A stretch of DNA of 62,383 nt, filler included, from Phoronis australis (Eukaryota > Animalia > Phoronida): NCBI GenBank assembly GCA_002633005.1. It is 9 parts of 9 records of this genome, joined end to end, with 100 filler letters (N's around TTAATTAATTAA, not from the genome) between each part and the next. Parts side by side here need not be neighbours in the genome. Positions count along the whole stretch, not along the records: positions 52,042 to 55,408 come from NMRA01003065.1; positions 55,509 to 59,434 come from NMRA01002768.1; positions 59,535 to 62,383 come from NMRA01001515.1; 6 more parts are not named here. One strand, given 5' to 3'. Positions within the stretch are counted from its first letter, which is position 1. The number at the start of each line of letters is the position of its first letter. Below are positions 52,492-62,383 of this stretch, piece by piece. Below the pieces are notes generated by a model. That model was given only the letters and a program-made list of their open reading frames with translations, made no database searches and was not told the DNA's origin. Made by a program: the position numbers and the translations under genes.

Positions 52492-53773
52492 AGGCGAAGG
52501 CAACCTTTTTCATGTCATTTTTAGCAAAAATAGGGTTCGTTGATTATCCCATACATATTTTTCACTTACTTACAGCTTTTCTTAATTTAATTAATTACTA
52601 GTCGTCTACTCCGGAATTTACGTTTTGGGAGGCAAGAATTTCGCGCCAATTTCTTTTCATACAGTCTGACTGTGAGAGCAGTCGAGTCAGTCATTGTTCT
52701 ACCTCGGTTGTGATAAGTTCGGTCGTCGTTTGCTTTTGTTTACTAGTCAGTCAACATGCCACGCTGTTGCTGCCTACCGAGATGTACTCATTATCGTCTC
52801 ACGTACAGTGTCCCGCGACACACTCCCAGTGTATGGTGACTTGAGCACCCAAACTGCTTTCATCCCGCCGTGCGACTCCCTCGTCACACACGTGACACCT
52901 TCTAAATAGCTCCAATACAAGTCCACAATAAACTTATCAAACTTAGACTCACCGATCTGTTCATTGGATGACGAACTATCCTTTTCACTGGGTGTCAAAC
53001 TGGGCCTGTATTCACTCCCATTACTCAACATCGCTGCAGGGCTGCTTACAGGTTCTGGGCTAGAGACAACAGTACACGGGGAATCACTACTAGTTCCTGG
53101 AATTGTACGCTATGGGGTACGTTCGGAGGCATGGGTGACAGAAGATGAAGTGCCTCCAGTCACTGTATGTAGTGGCCACAGCTTGCGAGGCTTCTCGCTT
53201 CAAAAAAAAAAAACACTTCTCGGGGGTGGCGACGGGGCACTGCCGGGAATCAACAGCGACGGTTTGGAACCCTTCTTCTGGCATTGTTTCGCAGGAACCT
53301 TCATCAATTCAGCGTACATATCTCTGTCGTAATCTGACGGCTGAAAATGCTTGCCACTGCTTTGTGCGTTGCGTGAACGGGTAGCGCTGCGTTCTTCACA
53401 CGAGCTAGGTAGCCAAGTACGGCGTAGTGTGTCATCTTTCGGAAAGCGATGCAAGGTACGTCCCAAAGCGCGTGTGAGACGATAATGAGTACATCCTGGT
53501 ACGCAGCAACAGCGTGACTCGTAAACAAAAGCAAACGACGACCGAACTTATCACAACAGAGGTAGAACAATGTCTGACTCGACTGCTCTCACAGTCAGAC
53601 TGTATGAAAAGAAATTGGCGCGAAATTCTTGCCTCCCAAAACGTCACTTCCGGAGTAGAAGACGAGAAATTAGTTAAATTACGAAAAGCTGTAATTAAGT
53701 GAAAAATATGTCTGGGATAATCAACAGACCTTGTTTTTGCTAAAAGTGACATGAAAAAAGGTTGCCTTCGCCT
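52492..53773 (-). mobile_element. Kolobok-type element with ~300-bp TIRs and a decayed THAP transposase 5' end
   Basis: TTAA|AGGCGAAGG...CCTTCGCCT|TTAA. Arms ~52492-52803 and ~53474-53773. The minus strand gives CCCVPGCTHYRLTRALGRTLHRFPKDDTLRRTWL..ARVKN..GKHFQPSDYDRDMYAELM (THAP, two frameshifts), and further on SEYRPS...KFIV. Confidence 0.85.
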
Positions 53774-53932
53774 TTAAGCATACTGGTTTGTTACAATTAG
53801 TGGCGACGTACCACAGCGCGGAGAAAAAAGCGGCATACAATGTTGTCTTTAGGAGTGAATGGCGGATTTTACTGGTCTGGATTCATGTTTGCTATAAGTG
53901 CCTTGCCTCCAAATCCAACGATGACTTCTGAN

Positions 53933-54139
53933 AACTCTATTGATAGACTTACTATCTCTATCGATAGACTCATTGCCTTTATCGATAGACTTATTAACTT
54001 TATCGATAGACTTACTATCTCTTTCGATAGAGTTACCATCTCTATTGATAGAGATAGAAAGTCTATCGATAGAGTTAGCAAGTCTATCGATAGATATAAT
54101 AAGTCTATCGAGAGAGATAATAAGCCTATCGATAGAGTT
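53933..54139. repeat. Array of 21-bp units built on palindromic CTATCGATAG, with the two halves in inverted orientation
   Basis: About 10 units. Left units read TCTATCGATAGACTTA.., right units ..TAAGTCTATCGATAGA. Confidence 0.9.
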
Positions 54140-54487
54140 TGCAACGGAGAAAAAAGTTACTGTGCCGTCTTTTTACAGCCACCGTTCAAGGGGTACATTT
54201 GACTGACTTTCACAGTTCCGCAGAGCCAGATGGGTAAGACAATTTATAGGTTCTCGACGACTTCGGCTTGCAAAACAATCGCTTTACGCGGAGGAACCGC
54301 CCAAGTAAAAGCAAGTGCAGCCAGTCTTTCCTCCGCTTAGACATCACGGTTACTCACAAAACAATAGTTTTCTTGCTTTGAGCTCCAAGCTATGTCTATT
54401 GTAATTCACCAGAAAAGGTTATTTGCTCTCAGGGATTTCCAGGAGATGGTGCCCTGTGCAGGCCAGCGATGTCTAACCGTCCCAAAG

Positions 54488-54615
54488 TTGTCACAACTTC
54501 AAAATTGTGTCAATTTGGGTCGGTGTTGCTGGCCCAAATTGAGGCAAGAAAAAATTGTGACAATTTGGGTGTTAAAAGCTGACTCAAAATGTCACAATTT
54601 TGAAGCTGTGACAAT
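54488..54615. repeat. Short palindromic MITE-like element
   Basis: TTGTCACAACTTCAAAATTGTG ... CACAATTTTGAAGCTGTGACAA inverted arms with internal inverted repeats. Confidence 0.6.
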
Positions 54616-54725
54616 TTAAAACGATGTTACAATTTAGACCTACACAGTGCATCAATGTTAGAGAATGACTTGCGCAGTACACTGCTCGTGGAAGAACATG
54701 ACGTCACCGACAAATTGTGCTGTAG

Positions 54726-55253
54726 GTGGGTACGCTGACGGTTACACTAACCCTGTATTCAGACTTGCTGATCACGTGGACTCTGTAAAGGCTATCGTTG
54801 GACCTTGGGGACACAACTGGCCAGACAAAGCTACACCTGGTAAGTATTTATCTTAATCTCTTATTTAATTCATTTATACTTTTCTGTTCCAAACACAACC
54901 ATCTTCTCGCATGTTTTCTTGTTACAAAATGTATCAACATTTATAAGTGCTAACGTACTCTCAACCAACTTGAGCGCAACGTCACGATTGTTCTAATAGT
55001 GCCTGATTCACGCTTCCTTACAGGTCCAAACATGGCGTACTTGGATGAATGTTTGCGATGGTGGGATTGTCATCTCAAAGGGAAGACCAACGGGGTCGCT
55101 GAACTACCTAAATTTAGAGTTTACGTTCAGGATTCGTGCTCCCCAGACCCAGCCTTGAAAGTGTGGCCCGGAAACTGGCTTGCATTTAAAAAAGGCATAA
55201 ACACGAAAACACGTGTATACTTCTTAGACAACAGAAGTGAAAAGATAACGAAG
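54726..55253 (+). CDS. CocE/NonD family (S15, X-Pro dipeptidyl-peptidase-like) alpha/beta hydrolase, two internal exons (54726-54839, 55024-55253)
   Basis: GGYADGYTNPVFRL...AIVGPWGHNWPDKATPG|PNMAYLDECLRWWDCHLKG..NGV...PKFRVYVQDS..P......PGNWLA matches the CocE/NonD pattern GGWxDGYxN...GPWxH...RWWDxWLKG (catalytic Asp and His). Phase-1 GTAAGT...TTACAG intron at 54840-55023. The 5' boundary of the first exon is uncertain. Confidence 0.85.
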
Positions 55254-56302
55254 GTAAAACTTTTAGTACTGATTAAATCTGATAAGAGATTACTGTATAG
55301 CAGACAAACTGTGAACAGAACCGTGACTTGTTTTGAGGGGAATTGTTATTTTTGTATTGACGCTATCAATCCATCACTACGCTACCACATACGCATTTAC
55401 TACCGCTANNNNNNNNNNNNNNNNNNNNNNNNNNNNNNNNNNNNNNNNNNNNTTAATTAATTAANNNNNNNNNNNNNNNNNNNNNNNNNNNNNNNNNNNN
55501 NNNNNNNNTGTATTTTTTCGGTGACTGTTTACATGACAGTTGTGAGCTGGAGAAAGTTGCTGCCACAGCAAGATGACCATTGTCTGCTGTCTGTTTTTGA
55601 AGGGTTGGACCAGAAACTCCTCTGTGCATACATGATATTGTCTTAAAGATGTATTTGCATGCTCCTAACTATGCTAATGTATAGCAGGAACTAAATGACA
55701 ATACTATTTGAACATCATCTAGGCAAAACAAACTGCAGTGTATTCATTGACAACTTGTAAATTAAGGAATCAAGAAATTCTGCAAATAAGTGGCCTTTTC
55801 ACTAATGGCTTACCTTGATGGGTCACATAGCCTGCATAACACATTGTTATTCCCAAACACCACGTCACCATACCTACTAGACATGGTTGAGTAATTTTCA
55901 GCGGAACATTTTCAATACAAAACTGCTCATTCTTAAAAACATTTGGCAATTTTCAACCCACTTCATATTCACATTGCAGCTATGTCTTTTGTTTCTAATT
56001 AATTTGACTAAGCAATCACAGAGGTAAGGAATTATTATACAAGTTCCAATTTAATGGGAAACAGTCAGCCTATAACTCTTTAGTGTTGTGAGAGCATGAA
56101 AGAGTGTTTCCCTTTGGTCCAATTTCTCACTGTTGAAGATGGGCTAGGTTGATATGGATGCACTGCCGCTTCTTTCACTCTCAGTTTGAGACATTGGATA
56201 CTTTCATGTGAGTCATTCAATTATGGTAATAAAAACAATGATAATTTTACTACCATGTTAATGACATTTATTATAATACTGATCTGCTGTATTGTTTTCC
56301 AG

Positions 56303-59274
56303 GGTGCTGGAACAGACGAACAAGTGTTGATAGAGATACTGTGTACCAGGACAAATGCTCAGCTGGAGCAGATCAAGGCGTCCTACAAGAAATGTGCGTT
56401 CTGTCTTTTGTGAATGACATGTGTGGTAAAAGTTTTTCAATTTCGGGCAAAAATCAAAAATGTGGAAATTGTTTTCTCTCAATGTTTACTTATGTTAAAA
56501 ATTCCTCAGTTTGGGACACAACATGGCGGCCAAGTGAAATTTCGTTTTTTGGTCAAATTTATCAACAAATTAAAGTATCTTTTCAGGAAAATTTACTTTG
56601 CCTGGTTTGCACGATAGCTATTGCCGAATGACATTTGGTATGGCTTTCTGCTTTACTCACAAATGATGTTTGATGACAACTGCTGTACTTTCAAAGTTGT
56701 GTTTATTGTGGAGTACAATTTTCGTCAATGAATTGTTTTGTCAAAAAGTAGATCACTATAAATTCACTAGGTGTCGCATTCAGGCAAATCTTGTTCATGG
56801 ACTCTTGTCACACCATTGCCCCACATTGAGTACATGAATCTTATCACACTATAGTGCATATCACAATTCGTCATTGTCTTTACATAACTATGATTTCATA
56901 CCCAGATCCTGGGTGGTACGCGAAAAAAGTTTCTGTGTCATATAACTGTAATTGGACAGACTTCCTGCATTTCAGTTTAGAAAAATTACACATTTATAGT
57001 GGTTAATTTGTATGTTGTTGGTATGATCCATGGGAGATGATAACTTGAACTTTCATGCCACCCAGTTCTTCACAAAAGGTTTGGAAATAGTTACGTATTT
57101 GATTATTTAAAATTTTTTTCGTCCCTCTTAATAGTGTTCAGCAAGGATCTAGAGGAAGCCATTACATCGGAGACATCTGGCCACTACAAGCGCCTCCTGG
57201 TGGCCCTACTGCAAGCTAACCGTGATGAAAACCAAGAGTTTGATAGAACCAAGGCTCAGCAGGATGCCCAGGCATTGTTCGATGCGGGCGAGAAATCTTG
57301 GGGAACTGATGAGTCGAGGTAATCAATCATAACTTTTTTTGCTAATTGAGTGAGAAGTCACCTTATACCACAATATTAGCGTCAAATGGCAGATAAAACC
57401 GTGTAATAACCCATAAAGTTATCTCACTAGTGAGATAACGATTTGGCGGGAAACCGAGGACGGAGTCGAACTCGGGACCTTGGTATTGCTGATCGCCGAC
57501 TTTTACCACTACACCACGCAGCGACTGACGACATCAAGAGTGAAAATAGAATACTTAAATGAGCACGCGCAATAATCGCACGTTCAACCAACCGCATTGT
57601 ACTGTACTTATACGCTACGAAAAATAAGACACATAATTTCCATAAAAATGATATCTTAATTCAGTGAAATTTTTTCTCATGTCCTCTTACTTGTAAATCA
57701 CCGATCTCCAGTTTGAATGCGGGTATCGTGTCGTCAGGATCTTTGACTTGAGAATTATATTCAGTTACCAGTGGTAACCTACTTTAGCAGACGATAATTN
57801 AGTGGTAAGCTACTTTAGCAGACGATAATTTCCCGCTCGAAGCTTAGCGTGTAAAAAACGTGTTTTAAGGTATAATAGTTGCTTAACCTTAATTTAGAGA
57901 TTCTCGTCATTTCTATTTTGTTTAAATTTCCAATTGGTTTTGAGTATAAGCATTATTTGACAAAAATAGCTCGGCTTTTCTTAAAAGGTCACGACCTCCG
58001 ATCCCGGGCCTCTGACATAGAAAGTAGTTACAAAGCCGAGGCGAGTCGAGAAAGGTAGATCGATTCATTGCAACGTTTCTCGTTTAGGATGTGGTATAAA
58101 TAGATTATTACATGTTCTCAGTCGTTATCCCCCTTATCTAGAGCCCTCGTGGATTTTGTAGAATTATCACCCTCGGGGCTGACGCCCCTCGGGCGATAAT
58201 TCTCCAAAATCCACTCGGGCTCTAGATAACGGGGGATAACGACTTCGCCATGTAATAATCTATATTTCTCCTTGAGTTGTGTGAACTGTTTGTTAATCCA
58301 ATTTTCTTGGTGGGGGCACACAAGGATCATATGCAGTCATTTCATCTCTGTGAAGCATTATGTGGGGATCTGAAATGTCGTACGGGTGCAATTCGTAGAC
58401 CCATGTTTCATGCCATAAAGATCACGTAAAATCACGTGAGTGAAAGGCGAGTGTTTTGCAAACGTATGCTTGAGAGCTTACTAGCATAACCTAACAAAAT
58501 GGCTGCCACTGATCAGACGTGATTAGTTAGTGAGGCTTGAATGTTGAATTATGGGATATAATACATGGATTATGGGTTAGAATTCAGTGTTTGCATTCCG
58601 TAACTGAAGACTTTTCGTCGCAAGGGCATGACTTATGTGTTGGGTCTACAGTACACAGCCCTGGTTGCAGTTGCTAGCATTTAAACTATGGTTTACATGC
58701 GCCTAATGGGAAGTTAAACCTCTAATCGTCATTTCAATGGCATGTTTATATACAACTCTTAAAGGAAATTCCAGTATATCTAGTGTGACTGGGAGAAATA
58801 TGACTGGATGATCTAAAGCATGATCGTATTTTGCCTCTTTGTATGAAATTGATATGTTTGTTTTAGAATTGACACTTTCAGTTTTGATAAATGTTGTAGC
58901 TAATCATGTGAACATTGTTGTTACACAGCATTTTACAAAGTCATCATGTTACACTCAACCATTTGTCAGTTGATTTTAGTGAACTTGATGGGTGTCAAAC
59001 GACCGTATCAAATTGGCAGTATTGGTATACATATTGTACAAATTTTCAAATATTGGTACTCAACCCAACTTCTTGACCCGTGAGTTGTACAGTTGATCCG
59101 TCATCTGTGAGTCGGGGTTTTTTTTCCATAGATTCAACGTGATCTTGGTGTCGAGGAGTTATCCTCACCTGCGAGCAGTGTTTGAGGAGTACCAGAAACT
59201 GTCCAAGAAAAACATTGAAGAAGCCATTAAGAGCGAAATGTCTGGTGACCTCAAGACTGGCATGGTTGCCATAG
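56303..59274 (+). CDS. Annexin, three internal exons (56303-56393, 57135-57318, 59132-59274) covering repeats II-III
   Basis: [91 protein letters not shown]. GT-AG introns with consistent phases 1 and 2. The subfamily cannot be resolved by eye. Confidence 0.95.
57451..57522 (-). mobile_element. tRNA-derived SINE head or tRNA pseudogene in an annexin intron
   Basis: The minus strand has A box TGGTGTAGTGG and B box GAGTTCGACTC. Acceptor and anticodon stems pair poorly. Confidence 0.6.
58100..58263. repeat. ~165-bp imperfect palindrome (foldback, MITE-like)
   Basis: ATAGATTATTACATG...GTCGTTATCCCCC.TATCTAGAGCCC...GGGCTCTAGATAA.GGGGGATAACGAC...CATGTAATAATCTAT. Confidence 0.85.
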
Positions 59275-59637
59275 GTACGTCCACATGAACCCTGATTTGA
59301 CTTAATTTTGTAGTGTATCCTTTTTCTTAGATGCCAGAAACACCTTTTACTCGCAAGCTGAGATTAAGTATCCACGATTTCATTCAGGAAACCGTGAAAG
59401 TAAATTAATTACCAAATAATAATATGCAAAAATANNNNNNNNNNNNNNNNNNNNNNNNNNNNNNNNNNNNNNNNNNNNTTAATTAATTAANNNNNNNNNN
59501 NNNNNNNNNNNNNNNNNNNNNNNNNNNNNNNNNNGAGCAGACGAGACAACGACATTTGTAAGGTTGGTAGGTCTGTGATTTGATTTGGTAGCGTTTTTTG
59601 ACTTAATTGCAAAAAACTGAGAAAAGCCAACCGAGCT

Positions 59638-59792
59638 CACTGGCGGATTTAGAGGGAGGGGGGAAAGGGGTCATGGCATAAAATTCTCCCAGATTCCATT
59701 TGGCAGTTCGAGGGTGCGAATGTCTGACGGGCAAAAGCCTGGTTAATAATTTGCCCCGGTCCCCCTAACTGAAAATCCTGGATACATCCCTG
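59638..59792. mobile_element. Short MITE of the CAGTGGCGGATC family (related ends at ~8463 and ~50538-50551)
   Basis: CACTGGCGGATTTAG ... CTGGATACATCCCTG, flanked by GAGCT on both sides. Confidence 0.55.
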
Positions 59793-59998
59793 GAGCTAAC
59801 GCCAACGGCCCAACTCATTAACATTGGTCCTACAAGTCGGTGTTCATAACTCAATGTTCACATTGATTCGAGCTTGTGTATAAATAGGCATTACATTGCC
59901 CTGGATGCTTCAGCCCAGGCATACAGGTGTAGCCCCTCGGTTGGCCTTTTGGGAGCTATAATACTTCCCATTACTTTCTGTGCGCATTTCATCCCGCG

Positions 59999-60674
59999 CA
60001 CAGGCCTCAGCTTCGGATCATAATATACTACAAGGTATGACACTCCCGATCAGAAATTCCACGGGTGCTTCACTTCAGTCGTCCATGTCAAACACAAAAC
60101 TCAATAAATTTACACAAAACATTAGGTTTCAACCATACCATTAACAATTGTTCTTTCTTCTAATACCATTCATGGTGTCCTGCTCTAGTGATATTGCAAC
60201 AAATTCGCGGTCAAAGCACAAAAATGTTCCCAAAAAGCCAACGCATCGAGCCTCCTTGGACAGTTCGAGGTCAAGCTAGACAGTACGGAATTATCCGATG
60301 AGTTACAGATGGACGGCAATTGCCGGTTCACAATGGAAGATTACGAAATGGTTTGGAGTTATCGATGCCGTGACACACCGTGACATGAATCGGCAATTGC
60401 CGTACCGTCCTTGACCTTGAACCATCCAAGGATCAGGCTCGATGCGTTGGCTTTTTGGGAACCTTTTTGTGCTTTGACCGCGAATTTGTTGCGATCTCGC
60501 TAGAGCAGGACACCGTGAATGGTATTAGAAGAAAGAACAATTATTAATGGTTTGTTGAAACCTTGTTTTGTGTAATATTGAGTTTAGTGTTTGATGGACG
60601 GCTAAAGTGAAGCACCCCTGGAATTTCTGGTCGGGAGTGGTGTATTGGGGGATCTGAAGCTGAGGACGCCTGTG
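59999..60674. mobile_element. Foldback MITE with long TIRs and 8-bp TSD (P- or hAT-type)
   Basis: CACAGGC..CTCAGCTTC / GAAGCTGAG..GCCTGTG termini. Arms of about 250-280 bp are reverse-complementary. TSD ATCCCGCG at 59991-59998 and 60675-60682. Confidence 0.85.
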
Positions 60675-62383
60675 ATCCCGCGTACTTTAAACGGGCGGTA
60701 GACAAAATACGGCCACCGATTTTGAGTTTTCACCTTGTCAAAAATACATTCTACACTCAAAACTATCACTTAAAAATGAGCTTATTTTTTTCAGTAATCC
60801 TTTCTGCTTCTACACATATCTTCGATGAAGCATATAATCTACTAGAATTGAGGTGACTTTGGAGAAGGCTTCTAACTCCACCTTTTTGGTCACCATTAAC
60901 TTTTTCACAGCGCACGCGATAACCACAAAGTATTTCAACTGAGTCACGTGAGTTAGGCAAAGCCTAGCGCGAGACTGAGCGAAGCTTGGACCTGCCTCGT
61001 GACACTTGCAAAATAGCATGGGAAGATATCACATGTGGAGAATTTCTGGCTTAATTACACTGGTCACTGCTCTGGTTCCTTAAGCACCAGACAACTTTTA
61101 GGATGGCTATTCAACTCTGCCTTTGTATTGATGTAGATCTGAGCTAATGAAGTGGAAGGTAATAGCTAGCACTACTTTCTTAACAATGGTGGTTGTTATT
61201 ACACCCAAATTGGTTTTCTGTGGCATTGGCACAGAAATAATGTTTGCAATGTGGAGAGAGTTTTAACTTGGTACATTTTAAATATTACAAAAAGACTTAA
61301 AAGTTAATTTGTGTTCAGGTGGTGAACAAATCCAATACAACAAGAAACTATAGGAACACCATATTTATCCACCTTCACTCTTATCAGACTTCTATTGTGA
61401 GTCAGCATGCATAAATAATTGGCTGATAAGCCACCCCTAGAACTACTTTTGGCTGAATGGATGACCAGGCCATAAAATGATAATTAGCCAAGACTAGTTA
61501 AATAATGCTGCATGGAATAGTTCATACCTCCAGGGCAATTTTGAAAGAGTGGGCATATTGTGCTAGTCTTTCCCCAAAAGTGTGTTAAAAACCAACCTCT
61601 GATTTTCTGGATTATGCAAACATCAAAATTCAAATTACAGCGTTTTCATTTCCGCCATTCTCATAGGTAATGGAAACAAGCAAAAATTGGCAACAATCCG
61701 TACGAGCAACTAAAATATATTGCATCATCACCTAGTCTTGGTGCCTGTACTCGCACTAATAAGCGCCCTGGGCGCTAAGAAAAAAATCGTTTTAGGGAGG
61801 GGGCGCTTGTTGTAGCCTAAGGCGGTTGAAGACCGGTCTCCAGAACGGGTGAAATCGAAAGCTAGGATTCGTCAAATTTAAACTCTATGACGTATCCGTA
61901 ACCTATCACAGTCTCTCTAAAAATTTGTGGTGCATTGCTATCAAACTTCCTTGCGAAATTACGATCATTTTTAAGAAAATGTGCTGAAATCCCCGGGGCA
62001 CAAACTTGCCAACTGATGCGTCACTGCCTCGGATCGTTGATAGGGCAAATTTGAATTCTTGAATAAAAATACAATTTCGACTCAACAAATTTCCTGAAAT
62101 CCTTAAGTTTTCCAAGTAACATCCCTGTGATTTTTAAGCTCCTGTAGAGTCGGGATAAAATGCAGATTAAATCCAAATGTGGGTTACATCGTAACCCGCA
62201 ACACGAGAAAAATGTATGGACGAACATATACATGCTGTCACGTGACGTTTGTTTTGAAGTTCGTCTGCGTATGTGTGTGAGCTAGGAACCAGTAGGTGTG
62301 AGTGAGCGAGCGCGTGCGTGTCATTAGAGTTCATTAGCCAGAGTAAACGCAATGTAACGATCTAGGTGTGTATTACAACTAAA

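Noticed and set aside
53840-54206. Leucine/isoleucine heptad-like ORFs (SIDRL/LSIDL repeats)
   Set aside because: They are translations of the 21-bp palindromic DNA array, open on both strands, with no splice or start context.
57451-57522. Functional tRNA gene (also 16539-16622)
   Set aside because: A and B boxes are present but acceptor and anticodon stems do not pair properly; treated as SINE heads or pseudogenes.
48770-59274. ATM - CocE hydrolase - annexin as a gene cluster or system
   Set aside because: The three genes sit on different contigs separated by artificial spacers, and each is truncated, so adjacency is not evidence of linkage.

Overview
AT-rich, intron-rich, transposon-rich animal DNA, probably from an invertebrate; there are no prokaryotic operons or CRISPR arrays. 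The window is not one continuous locus. Eight artificial 100-bp spacers (44 N + TTAATTAATTAA + 44 N) join contigs that appear unrelated, and genes are cut at these spacers. Host gene pieces recognised by manual splicing and translation: a CUB-domain exon (1-76, minus); a complete four-coding-exon carnosine-synthase-like ATP-grasp gene (18235-22009, plus) whose last exon carries a frameshifting deletion; the first two coding exons of ATM (minus), preceded by two back-to-back uORFs; two exons of a bacterial-type CocE/NonD (S15) hydrolase with spliceosomal introns; and three annexin exons. Much of the remaining sequence is mobile DNA: three Penelope-like retroelement remnants (one with a twin-priming-type 5' inversion, one ending in a minimal hammerhead ribozyme), three Kolobok-type THAP elements (one holding a nested Helentron-type HINE dimer and an IS3EU-type MITE), several other MITEs, tRNA-derived SINE heads, long palindromes and minisatellites. 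All homology calls come from motif recognition by eye, not from database searches. I found no clear novel multi-gene system.
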